Under the pieces are notes generated by a model that made no database searches, was not told the origin of the DNA, and worked only from the letters and a program-made list of their open reading frames with translations. Shown in pieces: positions 1 through 9,380 of a DNA stretch of 26,753 nt. A program made the translations under genes and the position numbers. Source of the stretch: a virus (Duplodnaviria; Caudoviricetes); the IMG/VR virus record IMGVR_UViG_3300027758_000025, positions 1-26,753 of that record. The stretch is one strand, 5' to 3'. Numbering within the stretch: position 1 is the first letter of the stretch; every line of letters starts with the position of its first letter.

Positions 1-259
1 AGTTTAAGTAATCAGTTATTTGGCTATCGCACTCATGCAATGCGTGCTTTAGCTTTGGGATATCTTCAGTCAGTGCCTTGGGCCATGTGCCATTCACGAA
101 AGGCTTTGGACAAGGTAAGAGCATGCCCGCAGGTGGCAGTCTGTACTCCACCTCCGTGGCCGTGACTTCAGTACGGTTCGCGCAACCGCTCAGTAACAGC
201 AGCAGGAACATGACATTCAACGTCTTGCAGTTGGTTAGTAAGGAAACTAATGTCTTCAC
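1..259 (-). CDS. o-spanin (Rz1/LysC-like outer-membrane lipoprotein), 3' end runs off the window
   Basis: Not in the ORF track. Hand translation from GTG 259 (or ATG 211): ...MFLLLLLSGCANRTEVTATEVEYRLPPAGMLLPCPKPFVNGTWPKALTEDIPKLKHALHECDSQITDYLN, with no stop before base 1. Lipobox LSGC, Pro-rich segment, overlaps the i-spanin 3' end in another frame. Confidence 0.85.
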   Translation of the reverse strand, partial: MKTLVSLLTNCKTLNVMFLLLLLSGCANRTEVTATEVEYRLPPAGMLLPCPKPFVNGTWPKALTEDIPKLKHALHECDSQITDYLN

Positions 260-509
260 GTAACTTTGCCTCACTCTGAATCCGATCCCGTTGCCTTTGC
301 ACCATCAATGCGTTTTGCCTTGCTGCGTCGCCTTTTAATGTGGCAATCGTGTTCAAGTTGGTCTGATTGTCACTGTTGGCTTTCTCAAGCTGTTCGTTGA
401 CTCTCGCCAGTTCGGTTTGACTGACTTGAAGCTTTAATCCAAGCATCAAAATCGTTACCACTAGCGAGGCTAACCCCAACCATTTAATCCACTTCCATGC
501 AGCGAACAT
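168..509 (-). CDS. i-spanin (Rz/LysB-like)
   Basis: N-terminal TM segment (WLGLASLVVTILMLGL), coiled-coil body, C-terminal Cys; follows the endolysin. ATG 509 with GAGG upstream is preferred to TTG 515. Confidence 0.85.
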   Translation of the reverse strand: MFAAWKWIKWLGLASLVVTILMLGLKLQVSQTELARVNEQLEKANSDNQTNLNTIATLKGDAARQNALMVQRQRDRIQSEAKLREDISFLTNQLQDVECHVPAAVTERLREPY

Positions 510-1074
510 ACTCAACGCCTCGTCGCGTGACTAAGCCAGGCAACTGAACGCCACCGCCATAAACCCATCGCGTGAGTTCATGACATGCTTTCTCATATTC
601 CCCAGTCGAAGCGAATCGATAGATTTGGGTCATACTCTTGTCTGAGTTGTGCTTGAACCGTGTACATCCGGTGTTAAACGCGAAGGAAGTAAACGCATCA
701 AACTGCCCTTGTGTCATCGCTTTACCGGACTTCAGCTCTGCAAGTTCAACGCAGCGCTCGGCATCTTGCAGGTTCTTCACCCAATCTTTCGCGACTTGCT
801 CTAAGTTAACTGGTGCATCAGGGACACCATGTGTATTTCCAATACCGTTGGTCGCTAGCCCCGATGGACACGTGTATGGGTCTAATCGACACCCTTCCGC
901 GTTCCCAGTAATTTTGAGTCCTTGCGGGCTCATTCGGAGTTCGCCTAATTGCTGCCCTTCAATCACTACTTGGCCGACTGGTTGTACAAACTCATCGCCA
1001 TACAAGGTCGTGCCGCCTGTCACCAAGCCGATCACGGCAGCAACAGAGCAAAGAATTTTTTTAGTTATCTTCAT
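484..1074 (-). CDS. SAR endolysin, GH24 phage lysozyme
   Basis: Start MKITKK at 1074. Gly/Ala-rich SAR segment; catalytic EGC...C.....T motif; FDAFTSFAFNTG and RWVY..G..LPGL.RR lysozyme motifs. Confidence 0.93.
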   Translation of the reverse strand: MKITKKILCSVAAVIGLVTGGTTLYGDEFVQPVGQVVIEGQQLGELRMSPQGLKITGNAEGCRLDPYTCPSGLATNGIGNTHGVPDAPVNLEQVAKDWVKNLQDAERCVELAELKSGKAMTQGQFDAFTSFAFNTGCTRFKHNSDKSMTQIYRFASTGEYEKACHELTRWVYGGGVQLPGLVTRRGVEYVRCMEVD

Positions 1075-1288
1075 TGAGGTAGATCCCCTTTTCTTTAGCG
1101 ATATTTTGCATAGCGCGTTTGTGCCAGATATTGGCGATAAGCGCAGAGACACCCACAAAAATGGACACCCACTGCTCAATACTCAGGTAGCCAAGAAACA
1201 CGCCTACACCCGACATGAGATAAGCAAGGTAAGAGGTTATTTTTTCAAACCAATCATGAAACCATTGGTTTTGTAGCCATTGATTCAT
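1061..1288 (-). CDS. holin (HP1-type), 75 aa
   Basis: ATG 1288 with AGGAGG RBS; two hydrophobic segments and a charged C-terminal tail; directly upstream of the endolysin. Confidence 0.85.
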   Translation of the reverse strand: MNQWLQNQWFHDWFEKITSYLAYLMSGVGVFLGYLSIEQWVSIFVGVSALIANIWHKRAMQNIAKEKGIYLNEDN

Positions 1289-1494
1289 TTGCCCTCCTTT
1301 TCGACCTGACAGGAGGTGCAGTACAAGCACCCTTTCACAGCTTCCCTTCGCGCTTGCGGTATTTCGTCGCCACATTCCAGACACTCGGCTTGGCTTTCCA
1401 CCGACCGATTCTGTGAACAAACTGCGCGGTGGTTTGCCAATGCCATTTGTTGGAATTGGGCTTCCGTTTTTGCTGCATCGTCGATTACGTCCAT
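1285..1494 (-). CDS. TraR/DksA-family C4 zinc-finger protein
   Basis: N-terminal DxxDxA; CLECG...IPQARR...CLYCTSCQ. Confidence 0.92.
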   Translation of the reverse strand: MDVIDDAAKTEAQFQQMALANHRAVCSQNRSVESQAECLECGDEIPQARREAVKGCLYCTSCQVEKEGK

Positions 1495-1502
1495 AAGGTT
1501 CC

Positions 1503-1958
1503 TTAGTTGATAAGGCCACGTGTATCCTCTGGTGCAAGGTAGTCAACACCATTGATTTTCACGAACAGAGGACTCGTCACAAAGCCTTTGATTTTGCGTG
1601 TAGATTTGTCACTGCTTTCAGGGTCAATACCGATGATGTCCGCAAGCACCCACTTCACACCGAACAGCTCGACCTTGTCTTCATCCACACCATTGTCGGC
1701 ATAGAACAAGATGTCATCGGGCTTAATACCGCGATAACTGCCCGCTGCGCGTGCCGCTTTGTGAACCTTTTGGAACTGAAGCAAATCGAGTTCAATTTCA
1801 ACATCACAGCCCACTTTGCCGTCTGTGTATCCATCCGTGACACCACGTGTGTATGCCGCTTCTGATTCATCATTGATGGTTGCCGTGGCGTTCTTTACGT
1901 GAACATATTCACCAAACAGCGTCGTATCGAAGCTGCGGCCAGAAAAGCGTGCTGTCAT
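1503..1958 (-). CDS. tail tube protein (HP1/K139-type)
   Basis: 151 aa, RFSGRSFD N-terminus; ATGA-coupled to the sheath gene. Confidence 0.8.
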   Translation of the reverse strand: MTARFSGRSFDTTLFGEYVHVKNATATINDESEAAYTRGVTDGYTDGKVGCDVEIELDLLQFQKVHKAARAAGSYRGIKPDDILFYADNGVDEDKVELFGVKWVLADIIGIDPESSDKSTRKIKGFVTSPLFVKINGVDYLAPEDTRGLIN

Positions 1959-3064
1959 GATGTCGCTCCTTGTTTAACAGAAATGGCGATGGTGATTTTT
2001 ACTGGGCATTCATAAGGACGAACGCTCATGTAAATCTCGACGTCGGTTGAGCTCACCCACTTAATGTCGATGTCTTCATCTTGTGGCGGCTTGATTTCAC
2101 CCGGCACACCCGTCAGTGCCATTTGGCGCAAATCTTTGGTGAAGTAGAGCTTCGCTGCTGCAATGCTTCCGGGCGTAGAGTTGAGTTTGCGATCGGCAAT
2201 TCGAGCAATGGCGCGAATGCGAACTTTGCGAGCGGCTTTCATGGCAACACGAATGTGTCGAATATCTTGAAAATCCCCACCTGGCGCATCCAACGTGCGA
2301 CCAGTGGTCCAATACTGACCTGGGTAATCTGGGTAAGACATAGGCACCGCTAGGCGATTCTGCTCTAACGTTTTCAGCGTGGCCAAATCCAACACAACGC
2401 CATTCTTGTCTTGCATCAGTTCGGTATCACCTAGAACGCTGCCCGTTTGGACTCGTGCTGGAGAGTCTGCAATCGAGACTTCTTTATTGGATAAGCGGCC
2501 TGCATACTTGCCGAGTGTGTCGCCACCTTTATGCACATTAGGCACTATAGAGATGTATTCACTTGCCACGTCTTTTGGGATGGCTACCGTGTCAATCAAC
2601 CACTGCGCCCAATCTTGGCCTTCTACACCATTGTTAATGGCAGGAAGCTGACAAAGAACACCCACTTCACGTCCTAGCGAGTTTTTTAGCTCATGGCGCA
2701 GTGCCACCGCTTGCTCTAAAAACTGTTTATTCTCTGCATTAAAGCCGAGTACGACGAATTCAAAGCTGGACACTTCATTGGCTTTTTTAACGGCATCTTC
2801 CCATAAATCATCTGCATCGATGATCATCACGCCAGCCGTCCAACCCTGTTTGCCATTGAGCTGAGCTGCTTTGATGATTGCCAAGCCTTGCTCACTGGCA
2901 TCACTAAGGACCGTGTCGAGTTCTGAAGTAGAATCAACCATGATGAGGTTGCGAACATCCCCTGCAACCGTACCGCGAACGACAAAGAGGAAGTGATTCT
3001 CAATGTCAGCGATAGGGCCGTTCATCAGGTTCATTATTTTGATAATAACGCTAGGCCATGCCAT
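1955..3064 (-). CDS. tail sheath protein (HP1/K139-type)
   Basis: MAWPSV N-terminus; SIADSPARV, YPDYPG and KAARKVR motifs; synteny. Confidence 0.85.
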   Translation of the reverse strand: MAWPSVIIKIMNLMNGPIADIENHFLFVVRGTVAGDVRNLIMVDSTSELDTVLSDASEQGLAIIKAAQLNGKQGWTAGVMIIDADDLWEDAVKKANEVSSFEFVVLGFNAENKQFLEQAVALRHELKNSLGREVGVLCQLPAINNGVEGQDWAQWLIDTVAIPKDVASEYISIVPNVHKGGDTLGKYAGRLSNKEVSIADSPARVQTGSVLGDTELMQDKNGVVLDLATLKTLEQNRLAVPMSYPDYPGQYWTTGRTLDAPGGDFQDIRHIRVAMKAARKVRIRAIARIADRKLNSTPGSIAAAKLYFTKDLRQMALTGVPGEIKPPQDEDIDIKWVSSTDVEIYMSVRPYECPVKITIAISVKQGATS

Positions 3065-3065
3065 G

Positions 3066-3725
3066 TTATTTGCTCCTGTTGCGCTTGAGTTCTCGCTTGA
3101 CCATGATTGCCACTCTTCTTTGGCTAATCCCTATCAGGCGTCGTTCTGGTCTTCCTACTTCCCAATCTCGCGCTGGCGTTTTGCTTTCCAGTTCTTGAAT
3201 GGTTTTTGCCGCTTCACCAACCGTCATGTTTTCTCGAATCCATGCAAAGGTTGGTCTCTTGCCTCTTTTCTGTCTGCCTTGAGGCTGAAGGCGAAAATCT
3301 AGATCACGCAGAGCACGTGCCTGTTCGCGGGTCGCTGGGTCGGTGCTTTTCGGTTCACCTTGCTTCTTTGCCTGTCGCTTTCGTGCCGACAATCCGCTTT
3401 TTTGCGCGATGCCATGATGATGTTCATAGGCCACTCGACCACGAGCACTAGGCCAACCCACGATTAATGTTCGATTGTTGTTTCTTTGGTAATGCTTAAG
3501 CTTACGAGTAAAGCCTTTAAGCAATTTCTTGCGTCCTTTCTGACGCTGTTTCCACGCCTTTCCTTCTGGGTCTCGTTGGGCACGAATGTTCTTTCTGGTT
3601 ATCTTGACGATTTGAGGGCCAATTCGTTTAAGCAGCTTTTGACGCGTTTTTCTGTCTAGCCCTAAAAGCTTGAGCTGCTCTTTGACTCGAAGAAGACTGC
3701 GCTTTTCATAGTCAATCTCTAACAT
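3066..3725 (-). CDS. virion morphogenesis / tail completion protein (P2 gpS-like)
   Basis: Very basic; QRDPEGKAW, VAYEHHHG and PERRLIGIS motifs; synteny. Confidence 0.8.
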   Translation of the reverse strand: MLEIDYEKRSLLRVKEQLKLLGLDRKTRQKLLKRIGPQIVKITRKNIRAQRDPEGKAWKQRQKGRKKLLKGFTRKLKHYQRNNNRTLIVGWPSARGRVAYEHHHGIAQKSGLSARKRQAKKQGEPKSTDPATREQARALRDLDFRLQPQGRQKRGKRPTFAWIRENMTVGEAAKTIQELESKTPARDWEVGRPERRLIGISQRRVAIMVKRELKRNRSK

Positions 3726-4200
3726 CGGTCACCACGTCACGGAGGTTTTCCGCCACCCAGATTTCATACTCAGCAATCTTCCACTTGTGTCCACGCCAAA
3801 CGATGTCGCCTTCTGGGTCTTTGACCAACTTGATAGGCTCTTCAAACACCACTTGAATCAATACTTCGGCGCTGCTTTCGTCTTCCAAAACTACATCAAT
3901 GTCTGGGTCTCGCAGCTCTCCAAGTGTGTCTTCCCTATCAGGGTCGTTATCCATCAACCAAGCGGCGACATTGGCAAAGAGCACTGCAGGGTCAAACTTT
4001 TTAAAAGGCAGACGCTCAATCAAAAATTCTGCGACATAGCGTTGCTGAACAATATCGATACCATTACCTTGATTGCGAGGCGTCAGCATGAGCTCAATGC
4101 CGCCCATTTCCGCGTCCATACGTTTGGCAATTTGCTCGCCAACACAACTTGCGATATGGGCTCTTAATGCCTTCATTTTGTAGCCAACTCGGTACGTCAT
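3712..4200 (-). CDS. tail completion protein (P2 gpR-like)
   Basis: Acidic 162 aa, AWLMDNDPDR motif; lies between gpL and the gpS-like gene. Confidence 0.75.
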   Translation of the reverse strand: MTYRVGYKMKALRAHIASCVGEQIAKRMDAEMGGIELMLTPRNQGNGIDIVQQRYVAEFLIERLPFKKFDPAVLFANVAAWLMDNDPDREDTLGELRDPDIDVVLEDESSAEVLIQVVFEEPIKLVKDPEGDIVWRGHKWKIAEYEIWVAENLRDVVTDVRD

Positions 4201-4658
4201 ATCAGCTCCACTGTAGAACGACCTTTTCCGTACATATTGCGGATGATGCGTTCACTCTCTGCAAGTAGTTCGTTCTTCACTTCTTGGGCACGCTCGGCCA
4301 GGTGCTCCCCTTCTTTTTTCTGACTGACGGTTGAGAAGTCAGGAAGAAGATCCGCTTTTGCTCGGGCGAACACGGCACTTTGGTATTGAATAACAATGCG
4401 GTTTTTGCCATGCACTTTCGGGAATACTTCGATGGCTTCCGCTTTCTCGATACCTTGTTCTAACTGGCGTTGCTTGAACGCCTCCAACTGCTGATTAATC
4501 GAGGCTATCGCATTGACCAATGCATGAACGATTCGCTCATCGTCTTGCGCTGCTGGCGTACCGCGAAGACGTTCAAAATCCCCGGCTTCGATGTCAGGCC
4601 AAAAACCATCGTTTCCGATGTTAGTGGTTTGATAGTCGTTATCATCAGCTGTAAACAT
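4197..4658 (-). CDS. gpL: head completion/stabilization protein
   Basis: NDGFWPDI and YQSAVFARAKA motifs; downstream of gpM. Confidence 0.9.
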   Translation of the reverse strand: MFTADDNDYQTTNIGNDGFWPDIEAGDFERLRGTPAAQDDERIVHALVNAIASINQQLEAFKQRQLEQGIEKAEAIEVFPKVHGKNRIVIQYQSAVFARAKADLLPDFSTVSQKKEGEHLAERAQEVKNELLAESERIIRNMYGKGRSTVELI

Positions 4659-4679
4659 AAGTACCTGGTTTGAATAAGT

Positions 4680-4750
4680 GCGCCTCTAGCCACTGAGTCG
4701 ACGGCATAGAAATGAACTCTCAGTTATTTCAGCCTCGTCAGCCGAGGCGC
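4680..4750 (-). other. long imperfect hairpin in the gpM-gpL intergenic region
   Basis: On the minus strand: GCGCCTC/GAGGCGC outer stem, then GCTGA/TCAGT, CGA/TCG, GGC/GCC, GAAAT/ATTTC and AAC/GTT closing a TGAGA loop. No U-tract. Confidence 0.6.
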
Positions 4751-4766
4751 GGCGGCGTAGGAGTCT

Positions 4767-5480
4767 TTAAAGATTGTTGCCCGATTCCAGCGCTCGAATG
4801 CGTTGGTCGATGTTGTCGACCATGGTTCCAACACCAATCGCGACGTATTGCTCGTGCGCTTCAGTAAGTAGATCTCTTGCCTTCTTCAAGGTTTCGATAT
4901 CACCTATCGAGGCGGCATGTGGCTTACCTTTGTCATTTCGAAGCAAATGCAAACCAGCAAACTTGAACCATTTTGCGGTCAACTTTTCGTTGATACTCCA
5001 CTCACTGCGAACCTTCTCAAATACTTGAGAAAAGTACGGTTCAATAGCGTGACCTTTCTCAGCCATGCGATCGGCCCAAGCAAGAACTTCATCTGCACAG
5101 AAAGTCGCAAAATCTCGCTTAAATCGTTCAGGAGTATCAAGGCCGCGCTCGATAGCAATACCACACCATTCAATGGCAGTATCAAGGTCTTCGATATCGA
5201 ACAACCAAATCACCATTTGGGCGAAAAGCGGGTTATCAAACTGATCTCCACCTTCTAGGTAAGCTTCGACCGCTTCACGATATTTAGGGACAAGCACTTC
5301 ACGTTTGTACTCGACTTTTTCATCGGTTCGGTTGTAGTTTTTCAAAACCTTCAAGTCGGTCTCTAACTCTGCCAACAACAAGTGCAAACTGTTTGGATTA
5401 GCGACAGCGTCACCACGTTGCTGCAGGTATCGCTGCTCTTCAATAATTTGCTGACGAGCTTTTGCTAATGGGCTTGCCAT
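4767..5480 (-). CDS. gpM: terminase small (endonuclease) subunit
   Basis: IWLFDIEDL...WCGIAIERGL.TPERFKR motif; follows the capsid gene. Confidence 0.9.
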   Translation of the reverse strand: MASPLAKARQQIIEEQRYLQQRGDAVANPNSLHLLLAELETDLKVLKNYNRTDEKVEYKREVLVPKYREAVEAYLEGGDQFDNPLFAQMVIWLFDIEDLDTAIEWCGIAIERGLDTPERFKRDFATFCADEVLAWADRMAEKGHAIEPYFSQVFEKVRSEWSINEKLTAKWFKFAGLHLLRNDKGKPHAASIGDIETLKKARDLLTEAHEQYVAIGVGTMVDNIDQRIRALESGNNL

Positions 5481-5483
5481 ACG

Positions 5484-6491
5484 TTACCCCTGCGCAGATT
5501 CAACAACTTCTACAGCTTCGATCGCTGCGAACTTGTTTAAGTTGCCAATCGCGTAGCCTTCCATGCGAATGTGGTTTGACTCAAAACGAAGCTCATCGTC
5601 GTTGTTCTTCTGGCGTCGCTGCTGTGTGCCTTCTTGCGTTAGTACTTGTAGGTTTTTCAGGTTAGTTACCCAAATACCATAAGGTGGGAAAAATGGCGGA
5701 ACGTACGCTTTCTTACCTGCAATGGTCTTAGCTAGGGCTTGAGCAGCTTTGTGTTCCGTTGGCGTATTCGCTGATTCAAGCAAGCGATGTTGCTCAGCCG
5801 CAACCAAACCGCTACCAAGCACCATAACTAGGTCAGGATCCTGACGATGTTCAGGCGCAATGGTTGTATTAATAAGGTCTTGGCCAAGTGAATCTAGGTT
5901 TTTATATGAGCCCGCCGTTTGTCCCGTTGGGTCTAACTTCGCTGAAGGAAGCACTTGTGAGGCTTTCTTCTCTTTGGCGATTTGAATCCAGCCCTTATTA
6001 ACGTCTTCACCCATCGGATTATTTTCTGGGTCTGTCGGTGTTGCGACTGATTTGCCATTGAAACCAACGCGAAGAATATCCAATGCAAAAATGCGCGCTA
6101 TCGCATTTTTCATTAGTTTTAGCCATTCGCCTTTCTTGCCCGAGTTCGCCCATACAGTCATCGTTTCCCATAAGATATGAGCACCAGAATCCGTTTTGTA
6201 TAACTGGTAGGTGTTGCCGCTTTGAGTCATTTCACGGGAGAAACGTCCCGAGCTTGTTCGACCTGTCGACAGGCCATCACCACCGACATCAATCACTTGA
6301 CCTTGGATTTGTGGCACAGTGAGCAAAGAGATCATGCCCAAAAATTCATGAGACTCTAAGATGGCTTGGCGCAAAGCGGTTTGCATTGGTGGCGTGATGT
6401 TGAACATGCCATAAGGAGCACCACACCCTGCTTCTTGGGCTACGGCTAAGCTGAACTCAGCTAGATATTCAGTTGAAACTGCATTTAACAT
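5484..6491 (-). CDS. gpN: major capsid protein, P2 family
   Basis: ALDILRVGFNG, NPMGEDVNKGW, VPPFFP and NLQVLTQ motifs; TAATG overlap with gpO. Confidence 0.95.
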   Translation of the reverse strand: MLNAVSTEYLAEFSLAVAQEAGCGAPYGMFNITPPMQTALRQAILESHEFLGMISLLTVPQIQGQVIDVGGDGLSTGRTSSGRFSREMTQSGNTYQLYKTDSGAHILWETMTVWANSGKKGEWLKLMKNAIARIFALDILRVGFNGKSVATPTDPENNPMGEDVNKGWIQIAKEKKASQVLPSAKLDPTGQTAGSYKNLDSLGQDLINTTIAPEHRQDPDLVMVLGSGLVAAEQHRLLESANTPTEHKAAQALAKTIAGKKAYVPPFFPPYGIWVTNLKNLQVLTQEGTQQRRQKNNDDELRFESNHIRMEGYAIGNLNKFAAIEAVEVVESAQG

Positions 6492-7420
6492 TAAAATACT
6501 CCCATTGAGCTGAACTTCTCTTCACCACCACTGCCTTCTTCACCTGGTTTCTGGCCTGGCTTTTCTTGTTTTAGTTCTGCGAACTGGGTTTGCAGGTCTT
6601 TCACTTGTGCTGTCACTGGCGATAGCTGTTTTTGCAGTTCTTCACTGAACTGCTGCACAGAAAAGCTTTGTGTTTGGTCGTTGTTTTCATCTGGCTTTTC
6701 ATCAGTAGCTGAAAACTCTTCAACCTTCCCAGCAAGGTCATTGATTTTGGTTTCTTGGGCATTTTGCTTTAACTCAATACCGTCAAGCTTGCCCATGAGC
6801 TGGCTAAACTGCTCTGGATTCATTTCTTCCTCTTCCTCGCTAGGGGTTGATTCTGATTGGGTGATTTCATTAGGTAGCTCTCCATATTTAGCTAAGTTCG
6901 CTAAAGCCGAAAAGAAGTTACTTAATGGGTTCGATTTAGGCTGACATTCAGAAAAGTCCAACTCTTCTAAATGGCTTACTTCACGCGTCACTTCTTCCCC
7001 TTCTGCTGTTGAGAATTGGAGGCGCGTTGTCCCTGTGCTTGCTGGTTTATCTGTTACAGCCAAGCCACGAAGGTAACAACGGCCTGTTCCCAAGTAGTCC
7101 GGGTCAGGTTCGATGGACGTGAATAACTTTTGCCCATCTTTGTTCGCAGATAACAAATAGTTGTTTGGCGTCAGTTTCGCTAACAGACGAAGCTTTCCAG
7201 CTCTTTTCTCTGCTTTTAGCTCTTCCACTACCCCCCAGTTCTTGCCTTCATATGGTCCCCAAGGGGTATCACCCTTATAGTGCTCGGGCCATATCAAAGC
7301 GGTGGATTGATCATGAGAATAGGTTTCGGCCATATCCTTAATCCATGTAGCGGAGATGATGCGCTTATCTACTGTCGCCCCTTCTGTCGCTACTATTTTC
7401 CAATCACTGGTTTTTGCCAT
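6491..7420 (-). CDS. gpO: capsid scaffolding protein / protease
   Basis: W..VATEGATVD.R.I, KLFTSIE and YL.GLAVTD.PAS.GT motifs; coiled-coil C-terminus. Confidence 0.95.
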   Translation of the reverse strand: MAKTSDWKIVATEGATVDKRIISATWIKDMAETYSHDQSTALIWPEHYKGDTPWGPYEGKNWGVVEELKAEKRAGKLRLLAKLTPNNYLLSANKDGQKLFTSIEPDPDYLGTGRCYLRGLAVTDKPASTGTTRLQFSTAEGEEVTREVSHLEELDFSECQPKSNPLSNFFSALANLAKYGELPNEITQSESTPSEEEEEMNPEQFSQLMGKLDGIELKQNAQETKINDLAGKVEEFSATDEKPDENNDQTQSFSVQQFSEELQKQLSPVTAQVKDLQTQFAELKQEKPGQKPGEEGSGGEEKFSSMGVF

Positions 7421-7472
7421 TTGCGTTTTGTACCTAGTAAAAAATTTGTCAGTTAGGTGTTTCTGGACTCAA

Positions 7473-7592
7473 ACAATACGCCTTTAAATTCACCCTTTCA
7501 GCCACTTCAATTCTGGTCAATTCGGATATACGCCAAATCCGAACAGAGCCGAATTTTGCTATGCAATTTAGGTGGTTATCTGGGCGTATGAT
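7473..7592. promoter_or_regulatory. divergent late promoters pO/pP with central inverted repeat (candidate late-activator site)
   Basis: GGCGTATTGT (minus, 7473-7482) and GGCGTATGAT (plus, 7583-7592) lie symmetrically about TTCGGAT-N9-ATCCGAA (7521-7543). No sigma70 -35 was seen. Confidence 0.65.
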
Positions 7593-7598
7593 TGGGAC

Positions 7599-9377
7599 AT
7601 GGCATATACAGATGAAGTAAAAGAGGCAGCGCAAAAGCTCTATTTGCGCGGTGTTCCTCCTAAAGAGATTGCGGAACAGCTCAATCTCAATAGCACGCGA
7701 GTTATTTATAACTGGGCGAAGGATTTCGGCTGGGCGGCGCTATTGGATGAGCTATCTGCTGAACAGATGATTACCCGTCGATTGGCGGTTTTAATTGATA
7801 AGGATGAGAAAAGTGATCAGCAGCTAAAAGAGCTGGAGTTACTCGCTGGCCAAGTCGTTAAACTGAGAAAGGCCAACGCTGAAATTAAAATGAAAGAGCT
7901 CCGTGTTCAGAGTTCGAGTTGCATTGCGACACCAGCTCGTGAATCTAATGGAGGCCGCAAAGAAAGCAGTCGTAAAAAGAAGAAGGTGAAAAACGACATT
8001 GGCCATCTTCAAGCAGCGGACTTTGATGAATGGATCGCCAGTCTATTTGATTACCAGCGCCTAGCTCGGTCAATTAAGAATGACCCTAAGATGCCACGAA
8101 CCCGCAACATCTTAAAAAGTCGCCAAATTGGTTTTACCTACGGTACTGCAGGTGAAGCTTTTGAAGATGCAGTACTCACAGGTGAAAACCAAATTTTTGT
8201 TTCAGCAACGCGAGCTCAGGCTGAGGTATTCAGAGCCTACATCATAAAAATAGCGCATGAGTTCTGGGGTATTGAGTTAACCGGCAATCCAATCATTCTA
8301 AGCAACAAAGCAGAACTGCATTTTCTATCCACTAATGCAAACTCAGCGCAATCACGCTCTGGTAATGTCTACATTGACGAATACTTCTGGATCCGGGACT
8401 TCAAAAAGTTGAGCGATGTTGCTTCGGCTTGTGCAACACAAACACGCTTTCGCAAAACTTACTTCTCTACTCCATCAAGCAAGAATCATCCTGCTTATCC
8501 GTTTTGGACTGGCGATGCTTGGCGCGGTGAAAAAGATACGCGTAAAAACATCGAGTTTCCATCTAACAAACAACTCAAAGATGGTGGCCGTGTCTGCCCT
8601 GACAAGCAGTGGCGTTACATCATTGACGTACATGACGCGGTTAAAGGTGGATGTCATCTTATTGATGCTAACGAACTGGAAGAAGAGTACAGCCCAGATG
8701 CATTTCGCAATCTCTATAAATGCGAGTTCGTGGATGACTCAGCTTCTGTTTTCAAATTCACTCAACTTGAAAAACTCATGGTAGATATCAATACCTGGCA
8801 AGATTTCTTGCCTGCTGAAAGCCGTCCATTTGGTAACCGCGAAGTATGGCTCGGTTATGACCCGAGCCGAACGCGAGACAACGCCTGCTTAATCGTCATT
8901 GCGCCACCTATTGATAGCAAAGAGAAATTCCGAGTACTTGAGCGCCACTACTGGAAAGGGCTGAACTTCCAATATCACGTAAACCAAATCGACCAGATGA
9001 TGAAGCGTTACAATGTGACATACCTTGGCGTTGATACCACCGGTATCGGCGGTGGTGTTTGGGATCTGATTCATCAGAAGTATCCACGCGAAGCCCACCC
9101 TATCCACTATAGCAATGAAAATAAGAACCGCTTGGTGATGAAGATGATTGATATCGTCGAAGGTGGCCGGATTCAGTTCGACAAAGAAATCAAAGATATT
9201 CCAGCAGCTTTCATGGCTATCAAGCGCTCAATGACCAATGGCGGCGGCATGATGACCTTTAAAGCCGACCGCAGTGAGCTAGTCGGCCATGCCGATGCAT
9301 TTTGGGCTATCTCTCATGCCTGTATTAACGAACCTCTCGACCACACGGCTAAACGTAAATCAACCTGGCAGATTTAA
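7599..9377 (+). CDS. gpP: terminase large (ATPase) subunit
   Basis: N-terminal HTH ([11 protein letters not shown]...), KSRQIG Walker A, VYIDE Walker B, FSTP motif, LGYDP nuclease and HADAFWA. Start at ATG 7599. Confidence 0.96.
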   Translation: MAYTDEVKEAAQKLYLRGVPPKEIAEQLNLNSTRVIYNWAKDFGWAALLDELSAEQMITRRLAVLIDKDEKSDQQLKELELLAGQVVKLRKANAEIKMKELRVQSSSCIATPARESNGGRKESSRKKKKVKNDIGHLQAADFDEWIASLFDYQRLARSIKNDPKMPRTRNILKSRQIGFTYGTAGEAFEDAVLTGENQIFVSATRAQAEVFRAYIIKIAHEFWGIELTGNPIILSNKAELHFLSTNANSAQSRSGNVYIDEYFWIRDFKKLSDVASACATQTRFRKTYFSTPSSKNHPAYPFWTGDAWRGEKDTRKNIEFPSNKQLKDGGRVCPDKQWRYIIDVHDAVKGGCHLIDANELEEEYSPDAFRNLYKCEFVDDSASVFKFTQLEKLMVDINTWQDFLPAESRPFGNREVWLGYDPSRTRDNACLIVIAPPIDSKEKFRVLERHYWKGLNFQYHVNQIDQMMKRYNVTYLGVDTTGIGGGVWDLIHQKYPREAHPIHYSNENKNRLVMKMIDIVEGGRIQFDKEIKDIPAAFMAIKRSMTNGGGMMTFKADRSELVGHADAFWAISHACINEPLDHTAKRKSTWQI

Positions 9378-9380
9378 CCA

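Noticed and set aside
638-1276. 212-aa plus-strand ORF
   Set aside because: Antisense shadow of the endolysin and holin.
1289-1552. N-terminal extension of the holin ORF (and 1075-1179 of the endolysin ORF)
   Set aside because: Overlaps genuine upstream genes; downstream ATGs have better RBSs.
7458-7475. TGT-N12-ACA match to the P2 Ogr site
   Set aside because: Overlaps the predicted pO -10/+1 rather than about -55; a 6-bp pattern that can occur by chance.
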